NCBI GenBank assembly: GCA_026023565.1
Contig: JAPETS010000004.1
Location: 62,001 to 126,000 of the forward strand
Direction: 5' to 3'
Source: Cirrosporium novae-zelandiae
Taxonomy: Eukaryota
DNA: 64,000 bases
Shown: piece after piece, positions 49,994 through 61,434 of the stretch
Position numbering within the stretch: position 1 is the first letter of the stretch
How the letters are laid out: the number at the start of each line of letters is the position of its first letter
Notes under the pieces: model-generated
The model's input: only the letters and a program-made list of their open reading frames with translations
What the model was told of the DNA's origin: nothing
The model's database searches: none
Program-made: the position numbers and the translations under genes

Positions 49994-50701
49994 ATTGGCT
50001 GATTTGACGACCTTCTATGTCGAAATGACTGTAACAAGTTTCGGTAGCAATAAAAAATCCAAGTATTTGAGTGTTATAAGGAGTTGATAGAGGAGTATTG
50101 GTATAAGGAGGACTGCACAAATAATTATTGAAGGATTAAGTTAATGTTTGCGGTCAAAGCGATCAGTTCCAAAGTGATACAATCGGGGTCTTATCGATAA
50201 GAATAAAGTTTTATTGCCATAATAATTAGGTATCCACGCGGGTCTCAAAATATTATTATTATTTTTCCCAGGGTGTTGTTGCTTTTCCTGTTAATTGTAA
50301 TTACTTATATTAGAATTAATTTTGAGCACAGGGTTTTTTTGTGGAGTGTATAGCTAATACCTCCTTCTCTACAAATCTATATTTTTTTTACATCATACTT
50401 TTAATCCCCGACACAAATAGTGAAGATCCTAGTTTGTGAGTCCTGCTTCATTTTAAGGCCAGCGTAGTATATCCTAGGCGTCTATTTACTGGCCTTCAGG
50501 TCTCCTCGGAGAATCTCAACCTTGAGACCTCATTTACCTTTCACACCCTCCACATCCTATAGGATTCTATGGGTATCTGTACATGTACCGTTCGTCCGAT
50601 GATTGCTTTCCTATGCTCTAAATATAAAATAAAGTCATATTCCCCTTTGTAGTAGCTCTGCTTTCTTTTAGTTACTAACTACGTTTTGATATCCTTTCAT
50701 T

Positions 50702-51757
50702 ATGGCTACACTCCTTCAAGGCTCATATCCATGGACTTCGTCTCCACTCATTGCGAATGGACCTATGCTCCGAATCGCTCTTCCGCCACTAGCCGTTGCT
50801 GTATCTCGAGGAGGCGGTCTTGGATTTATGGCTGCTGGTTTTGACCTCAGCGACCTCGATCAGAACCTCGAATTGGCCGAACAGCTCTTGCATGACACAA
50901 ATGTCCCTACCATTCCCCATACCCAAGATGTTCTTCCAATTGGTGTAGGATTCTTGAATTGGGGTGCTGACCTTGAAATGGCTCTGTCTGCAATCAAGAA
51001 GCATATCCCTGCCGCGGTTTGGTTCTTCGGCCCACGACAACTTTCAGACCTCGTTCCATGGTCCACAGGAATAAGAACTACTACTAATAATAAAACCAAG
51101 GTCTGGATTCAAGTTGGAAATGTGTCTGAAGCCCTCCAAGTAGCCAAGACCTGTCACCCAGACGTCATCGTTGTGCAGGGAACAGATGCAGGGGGTCATG
51201 GCCTCGAAAGAGGTGCAGGGATTGTGTCTCTTCTTCCAGAAGTTAAAGACGCGCTTGAGCGTGAGAATATTAAGAACATACCTCTAATTGCAGCTGGCGG
51301 GATTGCTGATGGCAGAGGAGCAGCAGCAGCAATGGTACTAGGTGCTGCTGGCATAGTTATGGGTACAAGGTTTCTAGCATCCAAGGAAGCCGAGATTGCT
51401 AAAGGGTATCAACAAGAGATTTTGCGAGCAGCAGATGGAGGCACCCACACAGTCCGCTCCAAAGTCTATGATACATTGCGCGGGTTTAATGACTGGCCTG
51501 CTGCTTACGGAGGAAGAGGCGTTATCAATCAGAGCTATTTAGATGCAGAACGAGGTCATGTCGACAGCAATAACATGAAAATGTATGCTGAAGCCCTAAA
51601 ACAAGGTGACGAAGGATGGGGACCAGATGGCCGTTTGACTACATATGCTGGCACTGCAATTGGGTTAGTTAGAGAAGTGAAGCATGCTGGAGATATTGTA
51701 CAGGAAGTCCAAAAGGACGCACTCAAGATCCTAAAGAACATAGGCACGTCTGTCTGA
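50702..51757 (+). CDS. Nitronate monooxygenase / 2-nitropropane dioxygenase family (FMN)
   Basis: AVSRGGGLG, VVQGTDAGGHG, AAGGIADGRG, MGTRF, YAGTAIGL; intronless. Confidence 0.92.
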   Translation: MATLLQGSYPWTSSPLIANGPMLRIALPPLAVAVSRGGGLGFMAAGFDLSDLDQNLELAEQLLHDTNVPTIPHTQDVLPIGVGFLNWGADLEMALSAIKKHIPAAVWFFGPRQLSDLVPWSTGIRTTTNNKTKVWIQVGNVSEALQVAKTCHPDVIVVQGTDAGGHGLERGAGIVSLLPEVKDALERENIKNIPLIAAGGIADGRGAAAAMVLGAAGIVMGTRFLASKEAEIAKGYQQEILRAADGGTHTVRSKVYDTLRGFNDWPAAYGGRGVINQSYLDAERGHVDSNNMKMYAEALKQGDEGWGPDGRLTTYAGTAIGLVREVKHAGDIVQEVQKDALKILKNIGTSV

Positions 51758-52101
51758 ACCATTATCTAGTCTCTCAAGGGATTTAAATATATTCTCACTT
51801 TGCTCCAACATAGCAAATAGGATTTCCCTCACACTCCTAAGTGTCTATATGCCTAATCTTTTAAGGCAAAAATCTACCCAATAAGGCATAACAAAAAGCA
51901 TTCCAGGATCAGTTTGGTTCTTACAGCTGGGTCGGAAATATTCGATAGAGCCAACCCGACTCTTTAGTGTCATAATTTGGGATTGGGATATTAGGATATA
52001 ATAATAGATATCAAAAGTCAAGGAAGCTCTACCACATAACTTTCCCTTGTTTTTGAGTGTCTTGATTAGTGCCTATCGTCGCCGCCTCCTTATTCGAGGA
52101 G

Positions 52102-52621
52102 TCATGATGCTGTAGTTGCTACGCCGCTACTGCCCGGTATCAACTAGAGAATGAAGTTAGCAAGGGAAAGGCTAAACAGAATAGTACACACCATGCAAAT
52201 ATTGTTACCATTGAGTAGGATCTTGGGTAGTTTGTTTTGAGCTCCCGTGTAGTCACTAGGTCTAGGTCAGTAAAAGAGATGTTGAATTTGAGGTTGAAAG
52301 TGAGGTCTTACAATTCCGTCACGTCTTCCAGGACCATGTCTGTCAAATATATCAGACACTGTCCTTAGTCACTCAAGTCGATTAAGAATTTTTACTTACT
52401 GACATAGTCATCAAATCCAAGAAGCGTGCCCGAGAACTCTTGGAAATGTTAGTATCTACTTGTACGTATAGATAGGCTATCTAACATACCCTTGTCGCCT
52501 TTCATGACGATCCAAATCTTTGATCCGATACACTTATCAATCAACTCTGAAATCATGTTAGTATACTATCATGATATAATAATTTAGCGGATCTACCTAG
52601 AGGGAGAAGTTGAGATGTCAT
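52102..52621 (-). CDS. LSM5: U6 snRNA-associated Sm-like protein LSm5
   Basis: Six micro-exons: [72 protein letters not shown]..; absent from the ORF track. Confidence 0.95.
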
Positions 52622-53132
52622 GGTGCCTAAGTAAGTGTATTATTAACCTGAGACTTGAGTATTGTAGCTGGTGGGACCTTGAGAATTGGAGAAAATACTG
52701 TGTCTAGCTTCAACTTTGATAGGGCTGAAGTCGGGAATGAGCAGGTAATTAATACCTAAGGCATCAAGGCATCAACTGCTGTGTAGTCTATAATTAATTA
52801 CCTAGGTAATTACACAATACGTACTTCAGCCTAGTCCATTATCTCATCTTCTGTGGATTTTTGGCTACCTACATGTACTGCCTGTATACCTAGTAAATGT
52901 CGCCTTTATCATTACCTCTACCTCTACCTTGACTATAGGATCCATCCCAGCCATGGGCAATGAAACCTATTGTCAAAATTATTTCGAACCTCAGATCTCT
53001 CGGATGCAATTGTGCCAGTTTCGGCCGGTCCAACATTGACCGCCCCGCTGTCACTATGAACTGGCAATATGGCTATGATAGTCTCCGACGCACCTTGGAA
53101 GATTTGAAGTCACGGTATGGAGGCGGGCGGCT

Positions 53133-54857
53133 ATGGAGAAAAAAGCTTCCTTAGTTCTGGCTAACTTTCACCCAAGAATACTGCGCCGAGGCATCCATAC
53201 TGACTACGTCTGGAAGCCTTCTGATGGCATCAAGTTCTCTGTTTCAACTTCCACATTGAGGCCACCACGTCGCCGCGATGTTCCTGCAAACTATACTTGG
53301 ATTTATGGCAATGCCATCAAATTCTCCAGTGCTCCCTCCGTTGCATATCCTGCGACTCCTTCACGCCGGCTAGATGAATCTGAATCTTCGAACGCCCCCT
53401 TGAAAACAGCCCATGTCCCTCAATGCGAAGAGAAGACCTCCCACTCATTCTTTGGCCCGTTGATCAATTTTAGACCATCATCTAGCTTGCATTTCTTTTC
53501 ATCTGCCACGTCTGTGTCCGACGTCGAAATTGATACAACGCTAGAGCAAAAGGAGGAAGTTAATATTGAACCGGTCCTGGATATCGCAGCACGCTGGTCG
53601 GAACAGCCGCAAGGGGAATTGTCCTACAGACTATCCGCTAGTGTGCAGAAAGAGGTGTTAGATGCACTGAAGCGAAAAGCAGAAATACCTTATTGGAAAT
53701 CCTCATTCTACGAGAGTCCAAAGGGAGATAAAGTTGACATTCGATACTGTACAAGCAAAGAAACCTCTGAGAAAGTTGCACAATTGTTTCTCGGTAAGAA
53801 AGTGATTGGATTTGATATTGAATGGATACCAAATTCCCGACTCTGCGATGGAGTAAGGAAAAACGTTTCCCTGATCCAATTTGCGTCGGAAGAACGAGTT
53901 GCGCTTTTTCATATTGCTAGATACGGCAAGTCTAACAGCGACAATGACCTGGTAGCGCCAACCTTGAAGAAGATTATGGAATCTCCCGATGTGACCAAGG
54001 TCGGCGTTGCAATCAAAGCAGACTGCACCAGACTCAAAAGATTCCTCTCCGTTGATTCCAAGGGCCTGCTGGAGCTCAGCCATCTCTATAGGCTAGTTAA
54101 ATATTCAGGCGGAAACGAGAAGCTGATCAACAAACGCCTCGTGTCGCTCGCCACGCAGGTCAAGGAATATCTTTACTTGCCTCTCTACAAAGGTGAAGAA
54201 GTCCGCGGCGGCGATTGGACCCAATTTCTCAACCGTGAACAGACGACATACGCCGCCTCGGATCCCTACGCGTGTTTACATCTGTACGACACATTAGAGG
54301 CCAGGCGGAAGGCATTGATCCCCTGCCCTCCTCATCCCGCTCCGGCAGAATGTAACCTCCCAATAAAATTGGCCAATGGGAATGTTTCCAGTTCAGCAGA
54401 TGACTCAGATGACTCAGATGACTCCGATGAGGCGGAGGAAACGGAAGAAGAAGAAATCAAGGATAAGCCCTCCCAGGCCCCTCGATCCACCCGATCAAAA
54501 ATATCCGACAAGAGGGGCCCTGAGGTCCTGATGGCCGAAACCTGGGTTGAGCAATGGCTTTCCGTACTACCGCCGTCCCGCGAACGAAAGACATCGGTCC
54601 CTTCACTACGAGCATATGCGCTATGGCACGAGCAAGGTCTTGAACCATGCAAAGCTGCAGAGTTACTCCGAGATCCCCCATTGCAAGCCACAACGGTCGC
54701 GACTTACATTCTTAGAGCCATTATTCAGGAGAAACTGCCATATGATGACCAACGGACGAAAGACTTGTTCATGTCTTTACCTGAGTCCGGCAAGTGGCGT
54801 TATAAGAGTATTCAGCAGAAGGTTGATCGGGCTTTTCCTGAGGATATTAAAGATTAG
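53133..54857 (+). CDS. WRN/EXD2-like DEDDy 3'-5' exonuclease
   Basis: ExoI GFDIEW, KVGVAIKAD, ExoIII W..YAASD; C-terminal helical domain (LRAYALWH..LRDPPL). Confidence 0.88.
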   Translation: MEKKASLVLANFHPRILRRGIHTDYVWKPSDGIKFSVSTSTLRPPRRRDVPANYTWIYGNAIKFSSAPSVAYPATPSRRLDESESSNAPLKTAHVPQCEEKTSHSFFGPLINFRPSSSLHFFSSATSVSDVEIDTTLEQKEEVNIEPVLDIAARWSEQPQGELSYRLSASVQKEVLDALKRKAEIPYWKSSFYESPKGDKVDIRYCTSKETSEKVAQLFLGKKVIGFDIEWIPNSRLCDGVRKNVSLIQFASEERVALFHIARYGKSNSDNDLVAPTLKKIMESPDVTKVGVAIKADCTRLKRFLSVDSKGLLELSHLYRLVKYSGGNEKLINKRLVSLATQVKEYLYLPLYKGEEVRGGDWTQFLNREQTTYAASDPYACLHLYDTLEARRKALIPCPPHPAPAECNLPIKLANGNVSSSADDSDDSDDSDEAEETEEEEIKDKPSQAPRSTRSKISDKRGPEVLMAETWVEQWLSVLPPSRERKTSVPSLRAYALWHEQGLEPCKAAELLRDPPLQATTVATYILRAIIQEKLPYDDQRTKDLFMSLPESGKWRYKSIQQKVDRAFPEDIKD

Positions 54858-55303
54858 ATAGATAGATGGCAAGCTTCCACGATGTTTCTTTTCCTTTTTT
54901 TAAGGGTTTCCAGTTTTAAATATTATTTTTAGCGTATACCAAAGACCGGAGGTCAGTTATCATTCCGCACTTTAAGTTAATTATAGGCTAGAAGAATTCA
55001 TCCTAGACAACAGACCTAGATTCATTCAGCCTTGCTTTCCATTGCTTATCCGCTTATCTATTTATTTATATAGGCAAAAGGATCGAAATAAGTGTAGTGA
55101 TGGGTTAGGACGAGAATATCCTTTCTCTATGAAGCAAGTGTCTTTTAACAAAGCCTGGTTACGTTATTACTAACTGGCCTAGCTTGTAGCCATGACCATG
55201 AGTTCCCATCCTATCTAATTGTAGTCCGTGCTATCATGTTCCCCCACTCACTCTGAATCGTACAAAGGCCCCCTCAACCCACCATGATTCTCGCTTCATT
55301 TAA

Positions 55304-56894
55304 TCACAGCTCTCTATCTGCAGTCTTAATTGGCTTTTCATCATCCTTTGTCTCACTACTTATCTTATCCCCGTAATATCCAATCGCTGCCAAACGTTCC
55401 GGCAAAATTGGGTGCGAGTAGTGGTAGCTGGCGTACATCCAGTCAGCGTTCATTGTGCTCAAATTTTGAATCTGAAGCTTAATGAGCGACTTTGCGAGTT
55501 CGGTCGAGTATCCGAGCTTCTGAGCAAAGGCATCTGCGAAAATATTAGCCTAGGTTCAAAACAATAGTGGGTCAGATTTGGGCAGATTCCTTACCAGCTT
55601 CAAATTCATATTTACGGCTCAAGATATTCATCAGGAGTTTAAGAACAGTGTCCATCGGAGCTAGTGCATCTGAAAATAAAATAAAGCCAATAATGATGGG
55701 ATATTCGTCGTGGAACCCGAAGGACTGGTAAAGAGAGCGATTGTTGATAAAGCATGAAAAGAGTGCAAAAATGTAGAACATATGGACCTAAGCGAATATC
55801 AGTCGTGATCTTGCTACTAGAAATAGATAGTATAGGTTACTTACCTGTCCAATAAGGAACAGCTTGGTAGTATGGCTCAGACTCCAGTGACCCAACTCGT
55901 GGCTGAGAACAGCAACGACTTCCTCGGGGTTGCTCTTTTCAATTAGGGTATCATATATGACAATATGCTTCTTCCACGGCAGGCCGTAGAAATACGCATT
56001 ACTGTGAGCACTCCTTTTGCTGCCATCAATAACATGGAGTTCTTTCAGGGGGAAATCCAGTCGTTTAGCGAGTGCTTCAACTCCCACCTTGAGTGGGCCG
56101 TCCTCTAGTGGCGAAAGTTTATTGAATAGTGGTAGAATCAAAATTGGGTATACTGTGATGGCAAAAATCTGGACGCCGATACCAAATAGCCAAAGGTAAT
56201 AGAAGAATTGGTTCCCAGTCTTTTGGATAATCCACAAGAAAGCGCTCATGAAAGGAGTCCCCAAAACAACTGTCAACATTTGTCCTTTAGCCATATCCGT
56301 CAGCCATAGTTTCAAGTTCGATTTATTGAAACCGAATTTCTCTTCGAGGACGAAGGTACTGTAGTATGATAGAGGCGTAGACATAATTGTACTGATCAGG
56401 TTGAAGGCGAAGAAAAATACCAACGTGTGGGTAATTTCACCAGAGAATCGCGCAGAGAAGTATTGAGCAGGCAAGAGACCGGTAATTCTCCAGAGTTTCG
56501 GGAGAATGTCGAAGTAGATGAAACCGAGATTCTGTATTTGTCCATAAATTCCAGAAAAGAAGCCAAACTTGGCTTTTGCGCGGCCATAATCCTACAGTTA
56601 TACTTAGCATATTGAAGGGCGCATCGCAGCAGTGCTAGGCATACCTGAGACTTGTCGAAAACCTCTTGAGACACTTCGTTTTCAAGAGTCTTTGGCGGTT
56701 TCTTCTCTTGAAGAATTTTATATTGGCGCCATGAAAGGAACGTTTCGAAGGCATATTGAGTGACAGAGAAGCCGACAATAAGTCCCTTCCAAGGGAAAAG
56801 TGGCCGGTCAAGGGCTTTGGTAAGGCGCTGCGCACAGTTAGCATACAGCTCCCGTGGTGGAGGGCGTTGGATGAGAAACCTGTAAAAAGTCCAT
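55304..56894 (-). CDS. STE24: CAAX prenyl protease 1 (M48 zinc metalloprotease)
   Basis: MDFLQ|RL..LDRPLFPWK, LEEKFGFNK, DGSKRSAHSNAYFYG, HELGH, SRKYEFEA|D, YHYSHPILPERL. Confidence 0.97.
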
Positions 56895-57176
56895 GATGAT
56901 GGATGGAAAGGAAAGTACCCCTAACCGTTGAAAGTAGGATGGAAGAAGACTTCCTACCACTAAACAAAGGAACGACAAGTCGAGAGTGGGAAGTTTGAGA
57001 AATGAAATGGATTCTTGGATAAAAAGTATGGCAATTGGAACTCTGTCATCTTGATAGCCGAGGAACGTCAGAAATGTCCAGGCTTGACATAGAAAAACAG
57101 TAACTACATAATTACATCTACTAATTATGTATACACAACAATAGACTAGTATAATATGTATTCTACCAATCTAAAT

Positions 57177-60100
57177 CTATCCTTCAATCGAGGCTGTATA
57201 GGCACTACCATCTTCCAGTGTGCCCTCCTCGTCGTCCTCTTCGCCATCCTCGTCACTTCCATCGTCTTCTCCTTCTGCAGCCTTCAATCCATAGTCATCC
57301 TGGAAATATGTGAGTGGATGAATTTCTGGTTTGAACCCTTTCTCTTCCAGTCCTTGCTTGATCTTATCTGCAATCACTGGCGCGCAAGTTATCACAACAT
57401 CAGCCGTTCCAGGCGTTAATGTTGGCAAAATCACCTCTTTCAGGACACTCTTGATTTCCTCAACTTTAACAGCTCTAACTTTCTTCAACATCTGCTCGTT
57501 CCAGTCTCGAGGAAGACCTTTTATTGCCTGTCGAGTAAAACTGGAGGTTGCAGCAGCTTGCATGTTGGATTGCTCGTCAGCAAATCCTACTACAATCGAG
57601 CTGACGGCTCCTTCTAACGCAAACTCATCAAACGGTGCAGCACCAGTGGCAAAGTCTTCAATCGTCTTTTTGCTGGTTTCAAGAACCCTGTTCGCATCGG
57701 GGGACCTATAAATATTGAATTGAAGAAGACCAGAGTCAACGCTTCGAGAGAAGTTTGTTCCATATGCTAGACCACTACCGCGGACCGATGTCCAAAGAGG
57801 ACCTTCAACGGCATCTAGGTATGCAATTGCGACCATAAGTGCAGGCAGTCTTGAGTCATCATACGAAGCTACCCCCTTTGCTGTTGTATAGGCAAATGAG
57901 GAATCGATAGTGGACATGGGTACAATGTATGCCAAAGAGCCTGGAGCCTTACCTGCCTCCGTGAGTCTGTCGAGACGCTTCTCTAATTTCCCGACTGGCT
58001 TGGACGTGTCTAGTGTTTTAACAAAACTTTCCCATGATGAGACTGGCTTTGATAACCGTTCGATATTCCCAACAACAAGAACCCGGAAATTTTCGAATCG
58101 GAAAACCTCCCTTCGAATCTCTTCGAGTTGAGATATGACCTTTTCTGGCTCTCCTTTAAGGAGACGTAGGATTCGTTTCAAATACAAGGCCTTGGTAAGA
58201 GTTCCACGAGCTCTGCCAATTGATTCTTTTCCAAGATGCATCATCACGTCAACTGCAGCAGCCATCTAGTTCCAATCAGCTTATTAAGGATTCGCTAAGA
58301 TGGTTTGGATAAATAATCACTAACAGTGCTTCCATCCCGTTTCTCGTCAGGAATTCCAGCTAGAAGCTTCACGGTTGTTGCAACGAGCCTCTAAAATTAT
58401 AGTCAGCAACAATTTCTATATTCAACTGGATATTTAAACGCAACGGTCACATAAGTAAAAGTTTCTCTGCTGAGTCTTGCGAGAAATAGTGCGAACTTGC
58501 CTCTTGATCGAAGACAGAATCCCATGTCAATTCTTTCAACCAATGTATTGCCGTTGCATATTTCGCTGATTCGACAACAATCGAAATGGCCAACACTTCT
58601 GGATTACCTATGTAGGATCCAGAGTCAATGTAAAATTGAACAGTATCTCTCTCAAGTTCAACGAGCACCTGCTCAAATGAAACAATGTTTCCATCTCGCT
58701 TGATTGGCGTGCTGAAGAAATTTTCTAGGTATATCGCAAGCAAAGGGCGAAGCTGTACAGGTATTGAGTTTGTCGACAAGATTGCTCTAATCTTAACAAA
58801 GTTGGACGGGATATGTTCGTAGTGGATGAATAGGGGAACATTTGAGCCCTTTGCATCCGAATCAATGATATTTTGTATACCGTTCATTGGATGTCCCATT
58901 TCCAGAGCGGCACCAGATCGGGCAGTTGTAGTATTGATGAAATGAATGGATTCGGTTCCAGGGACTTTAAAGCGTGCCAGCAACTCTTTTGGAATCTCCT
59001 TTTCATTCTCAGCTTTTGCATTGGCAAGCTTTTTCTCTAACTCTTTCAGCCCATTGTCCCCTAACCTCTTCCGTTGTTCAGCAATTCGCGTTTCTTCGTC
59101 CTTTTTCAACTGCTTGGATAGTTTCTCAGAAGGGACCCCAAAAATCGTAGTGTGGTGAGCATCCACAAGCCAATTCCGGATAAATTCTCTCCACTGACGG
59201 CTAGACCACTTCTCTAATTCATCGTATTGTTTCAATGAAGCATATTCCAATAGCCCCGAGCCGTCTCGCTTGTCAAATATATGGTCTCTGATAATGTCAT
59301 CAACGAAAACTGATGCGTTATCCTCAGCGTAATAAGTGAGGTGGCGTTTTGTTCTCCGGATACAGTTTCTCATGTAGTCTATATCAAGTTCACTAGATGC
59401 GGCTTCTTTCAATACCTCGAAGAACCGTGCTTCTACTTTTGCGAGTGCTTCTGTATCCACGCTATTGATAGAGAACTCGATTAGAGTTATTGGTCTTCTA
59501 GTAGCTTCTGTCGAGATGTCACTGCAAAGTTGCTCCTTTTCTACAAGGGTATTCTTCAACACACTGGCTGATGACTCGGTAAGATAGATTAAGGCGATAT
59601 CCAGGGCGGTACCTATCATAAATTAGTTACCCCAATTATTAAGCCAAGCTACTAGCCATGGACTATCACGCCACGTATGGCTAAACCGCCATTCATAGTA
59701 TTATTAGCAAGCCCTCTTGCATTCTCGGGCCAATATACGAAGCCAAACTGTTTGATGGGACTTACTGAGAAACGTGTCTAGGCCGTTGGGACCAAGGAAA
59801 CTTATCAAAATTTCTCCCTTTGATTCATCTTCCTCGGGGAAATGTACAATTTCGACAATCGTTTTATCGAGGGGAAACGCCTGTTTGGAATCCACCCACG
59901 GCCGTTTGAATGGAGAATCAGGCTTGGGGACATAATCCAATATGGTGTCTTCAAATTTGTCTAAAACAACTAATAAGTTTTCATGGTCAACCTCACCCAC
60001 AATAACCAGACACAGGTTTTTGGGTTGATACATTTCTCGGTGGAACTCTCGAATTCGCTCTGCTGTCAGTACGCGAAGTTGTTCCATCATACCCCCAGTT

Positions 60101-60648
60101 TCATACCGGAAACCAACTCCTTCTGGATACAAGAGGCGCTGATTCTTCAGTTCCATCAATTCATCCTGATCGTTTTGTAGAGCTTGCATTTCGGAATAGA
60201 CCACTCCAGCATCAGATCCTGTACCATCTATATGGTGCACCTCAGTGTAGCACCCGGCATCAGTTAGCGTTGGGAGGAGGACATGTTCAAGATATACTGG
60301 AAGGATTTGAGCAAAAGCTTCCCAGCCAGCTGTATCCAAAGTATAAGCTGTGTGATCAATGGCTGTCCAAGCATTTGTTGATGAGTAGGCTCTCGTAGCT
60401 AGGTTATCAAGGACTCCTTTGTAGCTGTAGTTCATAGATCCCATGAAACATAAATGCTCTAGAGTATGCGGTGCGCCTGAATCATCGTGGATTTCTGTTG
60501 CTAATGCGAAGCGCCCATACACATTTGGTCCTTTTTGCTCCACAACCACAACACGCATACCAGTACGGGTAGATTCATATTGAATGAAAGAGCTTGGCGA
60601 ATATTCTACCTTGAATGTCTGAATGGTTCGAAAATGTGATGTTGTCAT
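57177..60648 (-). CDS. M16 family zinc metallopeptidase (M16C, presequence-protease-like)
   Basis: Inverted zinc motif DDSGAPHTLEHLCFMGS, NAWT..HTAY, GVVYSEM, W..VRGSGLAYG; several exons, >1000 aa. Confidence 0.9.
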
Positions 60649-61434
60649 TGTGGAGTTTGGAAAATCCTCTATGGCCAGATGGTATGGCTAGAAATCTTAA
60701 ACCGAAAGGGTTTTGCCACTTGTCATAGCGTGTCTAAAAGATAAGTTAGCTAGACTTTGAAAGATAAATTCAAGGATCGAAAATAGTAATAAAAAGCAAA
60801 AGATGTAGAAGCTAAAATAATGTGATTGCGCACTTGGAACTGGTTTTAGCCCTAGAAGTCGAAAAAGCAATTACAATACAATTGTTACAAGATTTATAGT
60901 ATTCTCTTCCTTTTACCAATATATGTAAGAAGTAAGATAAGAAGGAATTGAAATGTTAGGTGTAATAGGGTTGATAAGTATATGAGGTTTTGTTGTATTT
61001 GCGGAGAAAAATGGGCATTTTGTGTTTGGCACAAGAGACTCAGGAAGATATAAAGAACGAACAGAAAATGTTTTCAAAGAGTGATTCGGATGGTGGAACG
61101 TACCTATGATTTCGACTAACAGAGAGTGTGTGTAGGAGGAGTTGTTGGACTTTGGATCCTTCCCACTCTGGAAATAATGTTGCAAGGACTTAAGGTTATT
61201 AGGCTAGATATGATGTATATCTTGCATACTCGAGTACACACCCACAATACGTGACGTTCGTAATAGTAATTACGAAAGTGACATAGTGACAAGTATTCTC
61301 GGCCGAAATATTCGCTCCATTGTGCAACTTGACAACAATTCAACTGTGTAACCACTTTATATAAAGTATGAATGTAATTAAATGCCCTTACCAACTAGCC
61401 TGAAATTGTTGAGCACCGATATTTGCTCATCCAG

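Noticed and set aside
54397..54430. 9-bp repeat (CAGATGACT)x3
   Set aside because: Ordinary coding slippage in an acidic linker (SDD repeats).
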